This document shows positions 40,747 through 55,700 of a stretch of 64,000 nt of DNA, piece by piece. The notes under the pieces are model-generated. The model had not been told where the DNA came from. It searched no databases and worked only from the letters and a program-made list of their open reading frames with translations. The position numbers and the translations under genes were made by a program. This DNA comes from Eledone cirrhosa (lineage: Eukaryota): contig OZ024759.1 of the NCBI GenBank assembly GCA_964016885.1, positions 12,152,001 to 12,216,000 on the forward strand, written 5' to 3'. Position 1 is the stretch's first letter, and each line of letters opens with the position of its first letter.

Positions 40747-43700
40747 ATTAACAAATGGAAACTATATTTATTTCATTATACATATTTCAAGGACACCAAG
40801 TTAAATTATGGTGTGCTTTCATCAGATAAAATATAATATAGATCAGTTTTATAAATAAATATTGACATACCCTTAAAGAATGCAACCATTACTGTTGGAA
40901 GCTCCCGGATAAGGGTATGACAATATTTATTTATAAAACTGCCCTATATTATATTTTATCTGATGAAAGCACACCATAATTTAACTTGGTGTCCTTGAAA
41001 TATGTATAATGAAATAAATATGGTTTTATAAATATAGTTTCCATTTGTTAATATCGTATTTTTACTCCAAATATTTGTTGAGTGCTTTATATCAGTTATA
41101 AAAATATTTGCTTGTTGTATCCCAACAATTTAAATAGAACTTTTACATATATATATATTGTATTTTCACATAGTATCAAATCAATGAGATTTTGATATTT
41201 ATTTTGAGAACAATACCTTAACATAAGTATGAGTGGCCAGTTACAGCCCGTTTGAACAGAAAGGATAAGGGAATTTTGGTCAGATACAGCTGGTTTAACC
41301 CTTTACCATTCACATTACTCTATATATATACTATTATATTTTCATGGGCGGTGAATTGGCAGTATCGGTAGAGGGTTGGACGCCATGTTTTCTAGCATAT
41401 TTACGTCCCTTTTCGGTCTGAGTTCAAATCCCGCCGAGGTTAACTTTGCCTTTCATCCTTAAGGGGTCGATAAAATAAAGTACCAGTAATGTACTGGGTA
41501 ACTGCTGGCCTTGTGCCTAAAGTAGAAACAATTATATTTTCATGGTAAAGGCTTTACCTTACATATATATCACATAATATCGAATCTATGAGATTTTGAT
41601 ATTCATTTTGAGAACAATACCTTAACATAAGTATGAGTGGCCAGTTACAGCCCGTTTGAACAGAAAGGATAAGGGAATTTTGGTCAGATACAGCTGGTTT
41701 AACCCTTTACCATTCACATTACTCTATATATATACTATTATATTTTCATGGTAAAGGCTTTACCTTACATATATATCACATAATATCGAATCTATGAGAT
41801 TTTGATATTCAATTTGAGAACAATACCTTAACATCAGTATGAGCGGTCAGTTACAGCCCACTTGAACAGAAAGAGGTGAGGGAATTCTGGCCAGATACAG
41901 CCGGTTTAAATGTTAAAGGGTTAAGTAGCTGACTATCCTGGGGTGTAGACTAGACATATTGTATGTATGTGTGGAGCCATAACTCAACAGGACATACAGT
42001 GCTAAGAAGCTGTTAAGAGAGCTGGCTGTAGCCGGCCAGAATTCCCTCAGCTCTTTCTGTTCAAACCAGCTGTAACCAGCCATTCATACTGATGTTAAGG
42101 TATTGTTCTCAACATAAATAATATCAAAATCTCGTAGATTCGATATTAAGTGAGATAAAGCCTTTACCGTGAAAATTCTGTCATAACGAATTTTTCAGTA
42201 TAACAAAATATTTTTCAATCCCCGAGGTAATAGCAAAGAAATGCTTCATTATGTTTCGGTAGATCTCGTTATAAAGAATTTTTCTTTATAATTGTTTCTA
42301 CTTTTTGGCACAAGGCCATCAATTACCCAGTGCATTACTGGTACTTTATTTTATCGACCCCGTAAGGATGAAAGGCAAAGTTAACCTCGGTGGGATTCGA
42401 ACTCAGAAGGGCAAGGGCTGTAACTCTATGCGTCAAAGCATAGCGTCCGACCCTCTACCGATACTGCCAATCCACTTTTTCTTTATAATGGAATTTCACT
42501 GTATAGAGTCATGTAAATGGAAAAGGGTTAATTCTTGATTATTTTGATAATTAACATACAAAGGCAGTATATTTATGGAGCACTTCAGGTATTGTGGACA
42601 TGTTCAGCCCTCCCCTGCAACAGGTGTAATAGCAACCAACTGACCTTTTTCAGATTATCCTCTTCCAATCGACGTAGTTTAGTCTTCACTGTAGAGTTTT
42701 CATGCTTTAGTGCTCCAATTTCCTAACAAAGAAGATTAAGAACAAGCAGAAAGGGAGATCATTATTTATTTATAGATATTTATGACCTATCTTAACAGAG
42801 CAGAGATATATAAGACATGCCTTAACAGAGCAGTAGTTAAGACATATCTTAATAGAGCAGGTGTATTTGTGATCTATCTTATCAGAGCAGAGATATATAA
42901 GACCTATCTTATCAGAGCAGAGATATATAAGACCTATCTTATCAGAGCAGAGATATCTAAGATATCTTAACAGAGCAAAGATATCTAAAACCTATCTTAA
43001 CAGAGCAGAGATATATAAGACCTATCTTATCAGAGCAGAGATATATAAGACCTATCTTATCAGAGCAGAGATATCTAAGACCTGTCTTATCAGAGCAGAG
43101 ATATCTAAGACCTGTCTTATCAGAGCAGAGATATCTAAGACCTCTCTTATCAGAGCAGAGATATCTAAGACCTCTCTTATCAGAGCAGAGATATCTAAGA
43201 CCTCTCTTATCAGAGCAGAGATATCTAAGACCTCTCTTATCAGAGCAGAGATATCTAAGACCTCTCTTATCAGAGCAGAGATATCTAAGACCTGTCTTAT
43301 CAGAGCAGAGATATCTAAGACCTCTCTTATCAGAGCAGAGATATATAAGACCTGTCTTATCAGAGCAGAGATCTAAGACCTCTCTTATCAGAGCAGAGAT
43401 ATCTAAGACCTGTCTTATCAGAGCAGAGATATCTAAGACCTCTCTTATCAGAGCAGAGATATCTAAGACCTGTCTTATCAGAGCAGAGATATCTAAGACC
43501 TCTCTTATCAGAGCAGAGATATCTAAGACCTGTCTTATCAGAGCAAGGGTAGATGAGAAATGTGAAGGGAAAGAGAGAAAGATGGACACAAACCTTTCTT
43601 AATTGCAGCACTTCATCATAATATTCCTCTTTACTCTTGTAGAGGGGGGTGCCTGATGCAACACGAGCTGTAACGGCACATAGACAGACAGTCAGACAGG

Positions 43701-46700
43701 CAGACAGTCAGATAGTCAGACAGACAGACAGATAGTCAGACAAACAGACAGATAGTTAGACAGACAGATAGTCGGACACATAGTCAGACAGACACATAGA
43801 GAGATAATCAGACAGACAGACACAAATAAACAGATAGTGAGACAGACACACAGATAGACAGATAGTTAGACAGACAGATAGACAGATAGTCAGACAGTCA
43901 GACAGACAGATAGTCAGACAGACAGACCACAAACAGACAGATAGTTAGACAGACAGATAGACAGATAGTCAGACAGTCAGACAGATAGTCAGACAGACAG
44001 ACAGATAATCAGACAGACAAACAGACAGATAGTTAGACAGACAGATAGACAGATAGTCAGACACATAGACAGATAGTCAGACAGACAGACAGATAATCAG
44101 ACAGACAAACAGACAGATAGTTAGACAGACAGATAGTCAGACAGTCAGACAGATAGTCAGACAGACAGACAGACAGATAGTCAGGCAGACAGACAGACAG
44201 ACAGAGAGACAGAGAGACACTTGTACAGTGGGTGCCTGATGTCACATGAACTGTGACAACACACAGACAGACAAATAGATGGAGTTAACAAAATGAATAA
44301 ACCTAATATTTATTTATTTTAATTACCCACAAAAATACCAAAAAACCACCTACGGGAATTGATATCAGGCATCCTTGGGGACTTAGCAAATCCCATAACC
44401 TGTCTGAGGTAGGTAGAAGTACTGTTATATGGTAGATTAGCGTCGGGTCTCTTGGATGAGAGGCAGTTTGTATTGATCATACCGGTATTTTCAGTACTGT
44501 AACCTGACATAAAGAATATTAAAGACATTGGAATATATATTCAATGGTTGTGTTATTGCCGTCAAAAATGGCGGCAGTAATACAGAAGACCCAACTTCCC
44601 ACGGGTACAAACCGAAGCCGAAGCATATAGACAGTATGTCTCCATCCCCCTCCCACTGTAAAGTGGTCGTGTAGGTGTCATGACAAAAGGCACCCAGTCT
44701 ACACTGTAAAGTGGTAATGTAGGTGTCATGACAAAAAGCACCCAGTCCACACTGTAAAGTGGTAGTGTAGGTGTCACAACAAAAAGCACCCAGTCCACAC
44801 TGTAAAGTGGTCATGTAGGTGTCATGACAAAAAGCACCCAGTCCACACTGTAAAGTGGTCGTGTAGGTGTCACGACAAAAGCACCCAGTCCACACTGAAA
44901 AGTGGTCGTGTAGGTGTCACAACAAAAAGCACCCAGTCCACACTGTAAAGTGGTAGTGTAGGTGTCACAACAAAAAGTACCCAGTCCACACTGAAAAGTG
45001 GTCGTGTAGGTGTCATGACAAAAAGCACCCAGTCCACACTGTAAAGTGGTCATGTAAGTGTCACAACAAAAAGCACCCAGTCCACACTGTAAAGTGGTCA
45101 TGTAAGTGTCACAACAAAAAGCACCCAGTCCACACTGTAAAGTGGTCATGTAGGTGTCACAACAAAAAGCACCCAGTCCACACTGTAAAGTGGTAGTGTA
45201 GGTGTCACAACAAAAAGCACCCAGTCCACACTGTAAAGTGGTAGTGTAGGTGTCATGACAAAAAGCGCCCAGTCCACACTGTAAAGTGGTAGTGTAGGTG
45301 TCATGACAAAAAGCACCCAGTCCACACTGTAAAGTGGTCATGTAGGTGTCACAACAAAAAGCACCCAGTACACACTATAAAGTGGTAGTGTAGGTGTCAC
45401 AACAAAAAGCACCCAGTCCACACTGTAAAGTGGTCATGTAGGTGTCACAACAAAAAGCACCCAGTCCACACTGTAAAGTGGTTGGTGTTAGCAGTAGAAA
45501 TCTAGCCAGAAACAGTTCTGTATGAGTAAGATACGGTCACCTGACCCAACCTGATGGTGGTGGTGGGGTGGCAGTACCATCCGGTTGATCCATGACCCCA
45601 CAAGACAAATAAAGTTTACAGAGGCACCTGGGTGGAATTGAACAACATAAGGTCCTCACCTGGTATACGAGAGATGTGGTGTTCAATCTCCCACAAGTAC
45701 CTCTGTACACTTTATTTTCTATCTTCAGGGGTATTTTACTCAATTATTTCAACTAATATTTATAATCAGCAACTATTATTGTAGTTACCAGCATTGCGGT
45801 GACTATATTTTCAAATTTTATAAATTTCCAAATACTTTGTAATTCAAACCAAATCTTGTTTACAAATATATTTTTAACAAAAGAAAATATAAATAGTGGT
45901 GGATTGGCAGTATCAGTAGAGCGCCAGACAAGAGGCTTTGCAGCATAGAGTTACGGCCCTTTACGTTCTGAGTTCAAATTCTGCCGAGGTTAGCTTTGCA
46001 TTTCATCCCTACAAGGTCGATAAAATAAAGCACCAGTAATGCACTGCGGTCAATTTAATTGACTTTCTTCTCCCCCAAAATTGTTGGCCTTGTGCCTAAA
46101 TTAGAAACCTTTATTATAGTTACCAGCATTGTGGTGACTATATTTTCAATTTTTTAAAATTTCCCGATGCTTTGAGACATGGGCAGCAACTGCAGAGGAT
46201 ATGCGATGGCTGGAGAGAAATGAAGCAAGCTTGCTCCGATGGATGTGCAATGTCAATGTGCATGAACAACCAAGCATAGATGAGTTGTGTGAGAAACTGT
46301 GTATAAGAGGGATAAACTGTAGTGTGCAGGAGAGAAGACTGCGATGGTATGGACATGTGATGCGCATAGAGGATGACCGCTGGGTAAAGAAGTGCCAAAT
46401 AATGCCAGTGGAAGGAAGACGCAGCAGAGGAAGACCATGTAAAACATGGGCGGAGGTGGTGAGAGCAGACCTCAGATCGCTGAAGCTCAGCTCACAGAGG
46501 AGATGACAAAGGACCGTGACAAGTGGAGAGATGCTGTGCTGAATAGGGCCCGTCCCACCCTTGCAAGCAGGAAAAAGCGGACGTAAAATGATGATGATGA
46601 TGATGAAAAGAAAATATTTAAATTATAACAATGACACACAAGCACCATTGATAACATGTATCACTTTGTAAGGGATTGGTTGTTGCATATGAAATGTCGT

Positions 46701-49700
46701 TAATGCTTTGTTAAAATGGCTTTGTATGTTTCTGAGGTATTGTCTGTCAATATTTCATCAGATTAATAACAAACCAGGAATGAAATAACGGGGGAAGAAA
46801 ATATAAATCTAATGATATGAGTTTGGCTGGTCTCCCTAAGGGATGTAGCTTCTGACAGGACCCACCCGCTGGAAGGAGTGTTTGAGGAGTCTACCCATCA
46901 CAACCCTCTCAAAGTTAAGAGGGGGGAGGAGGGTTGGGGTGAGGAGGAGAAGAAGAAGGGAGGAGGAGGAGGAGAAGAAGAAGAAGATATAAAGGCAGAT
47001 AGTTAAGTGACTGGTGATACAAGAAGATATCATCATCATCGTTAAATGTCCACTTTACCTGCTAGCAAGGGTTGGATGGGTCTACAAAGACCACGTCAGT
47101 ACTGAAGAGGACTACTAAGGGTTGGATGGGTCTACAAAGACCACGTCAGTACTGAAGGGGGGTTACTAAGGGTTGGATGGGTCTTCATAAACCACGTCAG
47201 TACTGAAGTGGGGCTACTGATCTCCCAGATAGGCCAAGGAGGTCTGCATCTCGCTTACGTACGGTCATACATTCTATCAAGTGCAGAGGAGAAGTTGTCA
47301 GCTGGATGCCCGTCCTAACACCAACCCCTTTACAGCGTGTACTGGGTGCTTTTATTGTCTAGATCAGAGGTTCTGAAAGTGGGTGCTTCTGCCCCTGGTG
47401 GGGTATTGAGAAGGTCCACGGGGCACTGGAGCCTAAGGGCACAGTGGGGGCGGTGCACAGTAAAGATGATATAATAGTATATTAAATCAAAGATATATAT
47501 TTATTTATACATAGTATATATTATATTATTTATTATATATAAATTGACGATTTTATTTATTATATATTATTTACAATTTGTGTGTAGGGAGGTCTCTCTG
47601 GAAATAGGGTTGCTGAGGGTTTTATGTGGCCATGAAGGAGAGGGGGGGGGGGGGGGGCAGTGGCCCCAAAAGTTTGAGAACCTCTGGTCTAGATCACCAA
47701 CACTAGGGATAATCTAGAGAGAGAAAAAAAAAACATGGAATCCAGTTACCATTTCCGTTCTTGAGAGCAGTGAGCCAAAGATCTCGAGCAGTTCTGTTTA
47801 GAGGTGCACTGTCAGGTCTTGAGAAATGTTTTGGTTTGGCTGAGAATAAAAGAGCAAAAGAGAAAGAATGTGAGATGCTGTGAACCAATGATAAAGCCTT
47901 AAGAAAGCTGTGACCATCTAAATTAAGACTTTGTAGGTCACTATATGGGTTTATGTTGTGTTATGAATGTTAATATTTGTCTGTGTATTGTATCGCAGAG
48001 AGTAACCGAAGCAGTCCAAGGGAATCATTTCATTTTCATTTTCATTTTACGTCCACTTTTCCCTGCTTGCAAGGGTGGGACGGGAACTGGTTCTGGCTTG
48101 ATTTCTACAGCTGGATGCCCTTCCTAACACCAACCTCATTTACAGTGAGTGCTGGGTGCTTTTTTGCTGTGGCACCTCCACGACCACTTTGCAGTGGAAT
48201 GATATGGACCCCAGTCCCTATCATCTCATTTCTACAGCTGAGTAAACTGGAGCAATGTGAAATAAAGTGTCTTGCTCAAGGAAACAACACATCACCCGGT
48301 CTGAGGTTTGAACTCACAACCTTTCGATTGCAAGGCCAATGCTCTAACCACTAAGACATGTGCCTCCATGTTGTGGCAAATATCATCATACGACTTTATA
48401 ATGTTTATAATATACAATTTATTTAAAAACCGATTACAAAGGTTTAGCTGGCTTGCCAAGAGGAATGAATAGACAAAATAAGAGTTTAAGGTCAACTGGC
48501 TGAGGCGTTAGCCAGACCCATAGTGATATTTGTTGCTACATATTGTCTATGCTTGAAGAACGAAATCAAGAGATGTTTACCTTCACGGTGTTCAGCTGCA
48601 AGAGAGAGATTTTCGAAGCAAAGCGGGAGATTTTCGAAGCGAAGCGGGAATTTTTCCCCTCTCAGCGGAAGTTGAAATACATCTCCCTACGCTGGTTGCG
48701 ATTGGCTGAACTGAGCCAAACAACATACGGAGAATGTATTCAAGAGCCATCACAATGTAGGTCGCTACAACTTCATAAACTGTCATGTCTAATAATTAAC
48801 ACTTTTGATACCAAATTTGACCATGGTTCCACAATATCTTACATCATAATTTTATGCAAGAACCTTTGTTAAGTTATGTTCCAAACATCTCTGGTTCTAC
48901 AATACTAAGCTGTTTGTTTTAAAGTGTTTATATTTATCTAAAAACCTTCCATCATAATTTTATGCAAGAACCTTTGTTAAGTTATGTTCCAAACATCTCT
49001 GGTTCTACAATACTAAGCTATTTGTTTTAAAGTGTTTATATTTATCTAAAAACCTTCCATCATAATTTTATGCAAGAACCTTTGTTAAGTTATGTTCCAA
49101 ACATCTCTGGTTCTACAATACTAAGCTGTTTGTTTTAAAGTGTTTATATTTATCTATAAAACCTTCCATCATCATTTTAATAAAGAACCTTTGTTAAGTT
49201 ATGTTCCAAACATCTCTGGTTCTACAATACTAAGCTGTTTGTTTTAAAGTGTTTATATTTATCTATAAAACCTTCCATCATAATTTTAATAAAGAACCTT
49301 TGTTAAGTTATGTTCCAAACATCTCTGGTTCTACAATACTAAGCTGTTTGTTTTAAAGTGTTTATATTTATCTATAAAACCTTCCATCATAATTTTAATA
49401 AAGAACCTTTGTTAAGTTATGTTCCAAACATCTCTGGTTCTACAATACTAAGCTGTTTGTTTTAAAGTGTTTATATCTATCTATATATATAAAACTGTGG
49501 TTGTCTGTCTGTCTATCGATTTTTGGCACACATCTCCTCTTAGAATCTCTCACGGAATTGCACCGAAATTGCTATACTTGTACATTGAGCCCTAGCGAAG
49601 ACATCGGAAAAAAAATATTTCAAATTGACCCGCCCTATCTGACGAAATCGAATATAATGTATCGATTTTTGAGCGTAAGTGATCAGTTATTTCCCTTTGT

Positions 49701-52700
49701 TCTGTTTACATTCAGCGTAGCGTCTTACGTTCTGTTTACATTTTCTGCGTGCAAAAATTAAAAAAATTACGCTGGCTTTCTCAGCGTTTAAAATGACTTT
49801 GACCTGCAAAATTCATCAGTTTGAACACTAAGCTTCCGTTTTGCTTCATTTCCATTTAAAAGCCTTTTAAAACAATATTTTTACTTGAAAACAAGTCTAT
49901 TTAAAGACTACGTAAAACAAGCAAATATTTCGTAAAAAAAAGCAAAAATTATATAAGTTTATTTAAAATATATGTATCTGTAAATTTCGTTAGGCGTGCA
50001 GACAGACAGTCGTGCAGACAGACAGTCGTGCAGAGAGGTGATATAGGCGTGCAGACAGACAGTCGTGCAGAGAGGTGATATAGGCGTGCAGACAGACATA
50101 ACTGATAATTTGGTTACGCTAATGTTTTTCTCTGCGTTGCAGTGTTTACATTTTCGATCTTTGTTAATAAATAACCAGTGCAGTTTCTATCCCCAGCATC
50201 CTCTTTTGTTATAACATTCGGGTTATCGTTATGTTTTCTTAACTTCATAAGGCATATTGTTGGTTGAGGGAATATTAATCAAAAACACCACATGCAAGTC
50301 TGCACAGTAGACACTACAGTTTTTAAGCCAAAAAAGAAACTTAACATTGTAACTTTAACACAGCTACTGAGCGACCCCGAGCAACGCCGGGCTTTACTGC
50401 TAGTTTATCTATAAAACCTTCCATCATAATTTTAATAAAGAACCTTTGTTAAGTTATGTTCCAAACATCTCTGGTTCTACAATACTAAGCTGTTTGTTTT
50501 AAAGTGTTTATATTTATCTAAAAACCTTCCATCATAATTTTATGAAGGAACCCTATAAAAGTTTTGCTTCAAGCACCAGCTTAATGATGTTGGTGATCTA
50601 CATGATAAACGATCACCCAGTACACTCTATAAAATGGCTGGTGATAAGAAGGGCATCCAGTTATAGAAAACTTGCCAAATAAAATTTGAGAAGACTCTTT
50701 AGCTATGCTAAAGGAGGACATGAAAACTTGCCTAGTGTTTGTCCTGTATTGAATACATGCGCAAAGGCTTGGTGACATTAATTCCGCCCAAGGGTGACGG
50801 GTGCAAAAACTTAAACAGAAAAGTTTAGTTGCTGCTAGTATTTCCAGCCTGCCAAGACATATCCAGCGCTCCGTCTATCACCATCAGCAACTCAGGACAC
50901 CATTAGCTGACACATTTCATATGCCACAACATGGCCTTATTTTTATATGGCAGTATCGGTAGAGGGTTGGACACCATGCTTTACGGTCTGAGTTCAAATC
51001 CTGCCGAGGTTAACTTTGCCTTTCATCCTTACGGGGTCAATAAAATAAAGTACCAGTAATACACTGGGTAATTGATGGCCTTGTGCCAAAAGTAGAAACA
51101 CTTATTCTCATATACAAAGCAAGGACTTTACTTCTCCAATGTGAGTAACTGAAAGCTAATATTTACAACACTCATGGACTTGAACATTATTTCCCACTGA
51201 CCTGCTCACATACACCTTTGTTCTCACATCCCAACACACCATCTTTACATTCACACATATTCTGTATTAGTTATGCTTGTCAACATGACTTAATAAATTC
51301 CTTTGTTTTCAATCAAAACACCTTTTTATATCACTGCTGACCATCTTGCTACAGTCCCATGATAAAATGCACTCAGTAGAGCATGGAATCATATGTCGAG
51401 CCCTCAGCCCACCTGGATGTCAAAGGTTCTGCTTGAGAACTGACCAGTCTCCTACAACGTGTCCAAACCTTACTAGCAGGGATAACAAACATTAACCGAT
51501 GATGATGATAGAAGAAATAATTGTTTCTACTTTTGGCACAAGGCCAGCAATTATCCAGTACATTACTGGTACTTTATTTTATCGACCCCGTAAGGATGAA
51601 GGGGAAAGTTAACCTTGGCGGGATTTGAACTCAGAATGGCAAGGGCCATAACTCTATGCGTCAAAGCATGGCGTCCGACCCTCTACCGATACTGCCAATC
51701 CAGATAGAAGAAATAATAATGAAGATGATTTAACCCTTTAGCATTTAAGCAGGCCGTATCCAACTGTTCAAACCGGCTGTAACCAACTGCTCGTACTAAT
51801 GTTAAGGTATTGTTCTCAAAATAAATAATATTAAAATCTCATAGATTCGATATTATGTGAAAATACAATAGTATATACAGAGAAATGTAAATGTTATGTG
51901 AGATATTATGTGAGGTAAAGCCTTTACTGTGAACATACAATAGTATATATAGAGAAATGTAAATGTTATGTGAGATATTATGTGAGGTAAAGCCTTTAGT
52001 GTGAAAATACAATAGTATATATATAGTAATGTAAATGTTATGTGAGATAATTATGTGAAGTAAAGCCTTTACCGTTGAAATACAATAGTATATATAGAGT
52101 AATGTAAATGTTATGTGAGATATTATGTGAGGTAAAGCCTTTACTGTGAACATACAATAGTATATATCGAGTAATGTAAATGTTATGTGAGGTAAAGCCT
52201 TTACTGTGAACATACAATAGTATATATAGAGTAATGTAAATGTTATGTGAGTATTATGTGAGGTAAAACCTTTACTCTGAAAATACAATAGTATATATAG
52301 AGTAATGTAAATGTTATGTGAGATATTATGTGAGGTAAAGCCTTTACTGTGAAAATACAATAGTATATGTAGAGTAATGTAAATGTTATGTGAGATATTA
52401 TGTGAGGTAAAGCCTTTACCGTTGAAATACAATAGTATATATAGAGTAATGTAAATGTTATGTGAGATATTATGTGAGGCAAAGCCTTTACCGTTGAAAT
52501 ACAATAGTATATATAGAGAAATGTAAATGTTATGTGAGATATTATGTGAGGTAAAGCCTTTACTGTGAACATACAATAGTATATATAGAGTGGTTTCTTT
52601 ATTTGCCACTAGGGCACAAAAGGTAGGGACAGATACAAGGGGGGAAGTTTACATATAATTAACGAGTACAAAAATATAACAATGAAATAACAACAACAAA

Positions 52701-55700
52701 CGAAGTCCTCAATAGGGAGGGGGCATTAACATGGGTCGCACACACCCCGGAAAAAATGTGTAACCCTTCTCCTCAGGAGCACAAAGAGTAGGTGCTTCCC
52801 TCGTCTCCTCTTTTTCCTCTTCTTTCACCTACAGGCTGATATAGAGAGAAGACCCATTCACTCTGGCCATTCTCCCTACTTTCACCCACCTTTCATAAAA
52901 CTTGCTGGGGTAGAGCACCTCTCTCTCCATTCTGATCCTTCTTTTAAAATGGTATTTGAAAAAGGGGACCAGTTGTTGGCCGGAGAGAAAGGTGTCTGAC
53001 CTCAGCCCTTTCAGCCTCGTCCACCATACAACTTATTTAGCCATGGCTACCACACAGAGAAAAAAAACCGCCTCTCCTTCGTTTTTGAAAGGGGGAGGCG
53101 GTTTGATCGTGACAATGGACTCGGTGGTCAACCGGATTGGTCCCACCCTCGACAGTAGTCGTTCCACATAGCCCCACAGGTCAGCAATGCCTGGGCAGTG
53201 TACGAATGCGTGCGCAACGGTTTCGTCATCATGCACGCATCTCGGACAGATCTTATTCAAAGGATCTCTACCCAGGCTCCCATGCCTGTGGAGCTTGTCT
53301 CGAACGGGTAGAGCCCCTCGGTAGCACTGCCAAGCCAGGGACTTTTGGAAGTTGTCCATCGGTCCAGGGCCAAACGTCCTACCGAACAGACTGGCCAGTT
53401 CATCTTCCTCCATGCCTAGAGCTTCTCCGAGAGCATCGTCGCACCTGCTGCGTACCAACCCTCTATAGAATGTCGAGGTGGAGTCTCCACTGATTGCCGG
53501 GTCCGCTTTCCAGAGGGCCGTGAGCGCCTGGGCACATTCAATGTGCCAGTCGCCCACTTTTCTCGGTCTTTGCTTGACCCAGGATTGCAGCTCGGTGAGC
53601 GAGACGAGTCTGGGAAAGGCTCGCCTCACAAACGGGGCCCACACCGGTTGACCGGTGAGGAATACCTGGAGGTGCCGTAGCCTTAATGCGTGTTTACGCA
53701 TCTGTAGCCACGGCATCCCCAGCCCTCCTTTCGAAGGGTGTTGACAGCAGATGGATCTCCTCACCAAAGGGGTCCGCTTGTTCCAAAGAAATTGGAACAG
53801 CGCGCACTCCATTTTGGCGAGTCTTTTCACTGGGCAAGGCACGACGGTCAAGCGGTAGTAGATGACGGATGCTATATAAGTATTCGCCACCTCCGCTCGA
53901 CCTTTCAGGGATAGTTTGCACTGGGCCCACTTCTGGGTGAGTGCAAACACCCTGGCCGTTACCTCGTTCCAGTTTTTCTCCACCTGGAGGTCTGGTCCGA
54001 ACCAGACCCCAAGCAGCTTCACCGGGCCCTCCGTCCAGCGTCCGACGACGTCGTTGGAGGGCATCGGTTTGCCTCTCCATGTTCCGAGTTGCAAACCGAC
54101 GGACTTGTCCCGGTTCAGCTTGGCTCCTGTAAACCTTTCATATTCCTCCAGTAAGGTGCCGATCTCACCGATTTGCGAGGTTTTCGACACCATTACTGTC
54201 ACGTCATCGGCGTAGGCCGACGCCGCTTTCTGCAATCCCGGTTCCAAAGGGATGCCCTGCAACCGCTCCAACTTCCGCAGTAGTGGCTCAAGAGCCAGCA
54301 CATACAGTAGGGAGGAGAGAGGGCATCCCTGTCGGATGGATCGCATGATTTGGAACGGCTCCGAGAGGTGGCCGTTCACCTTGACCCTTGAGCAGACGTT
54401 GCTGCTGTGCATCGCAGCAATCCAACCCCTGAAAACGGGTCCGAAGCCTGCCGCCGCGAGCACCGCATCCAGGTAACGATGGTCAACCCTATCGAAAGCT
54501 TTAGATTGATCCAAGTTGATCAGGGCCCCACCAAAGCCGGGTTCATTCCCTACCCTCTCTATGATGTATCGCATAAGGTGGAGATTGTCGTGAATGGACC
54601 TGGACGGGATTGCGCATGTCTGCGCTTCTCCCACCAGGTTTCCAACGACAAGCGCCAACCTCTTCGCTAACACCTTGGCCAAAATCTTTAACTCTGTATT
54701 TAGCAGAGTTATGGGCCTGAAGTTACTTATGTCATCCCCCTTGTTCTCATCCTTCCTCACCAGCGTAACTACGCCCTTGGTCACAGAACTGGGAATTCTC
54801 CCGTTCTGCTGCCAGTTGCAGTAGACCGCTTCGAGGATATCGGAGAACAAGTCCGGCATCGCTACATATAGCTCGTATGGTAGACCATCGAGACCCGGGG
54901 ATTTGCGTTTGCCGCATTGGCTCAGCGCCGCCCCTATCTCAGCAGCTGAAATCGTCCTTTCGCAGGATTTCGCCTCCGCGTCCGAGAGGCGCGGCAGACC
55001 GTCGAGGTATGGATTGAAATCCATAGTCTCACCCGGCGCGCCGCCCCTCTCGAACAGTCGTGCAAAGTGCCGCTGAAAGGCCGCACACATCTGCCCAGGT
55101 TCAAGGATCACACGCCCATCCTGGTCCTTCAAAGACCGAATCGTGGACTTGTTCCCACTTTTTGCCTCTGTCACTCGGGCCCAGCTTACAGCTTTGGCTC
55201 CCTCATTACCCAGAGCACGTATTTTACTCCTGACAACGCAGCCTTCATGCTTCACCTCAAAGAACTGGTCTAAGGCCATTCTTGATGCCAGCACGCCGGC
55301 TACATTGCCACTCCTAATCGCCTCTTCTACTCTATCTACTAATTCCCTTTCCGTCTTGTTCCTATCCCTTGCTAATTCCTGACTAAAACCTATCGATTCT
55401 ATTCTAATTGCTCTCTTAAGAGAGCTCCACCACCTGTTGTTGACAATTGCCCCTGTCAAACTCTGCTTAACTAACGTGCTAATCCGTTTACTGTAAGCTT
55501 TGCTTCTCGGTAAGGACAAGTTCAGCTTCCAGTAACCGGGTCCCTGTCTATGGGTTCTATCAAGGTTGGCTATGCAGGTCACTAACTTGTGATCCGAATA
55601 GTCAACCATGAACATTTTTGGACAGCTAAATGTGTCCCTATCGTTCTCTCTAACTAGGACCCTATCTAGGTACGACCTAGATGTTCCACTGCGATTGGTC

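Noticed and set aside
45659-45743. Extra IQCE exon (strong CAG|GTGAGG donor)
   Set aside because: No convincing phase-compatible acceptor; the flanking exons already join in frame
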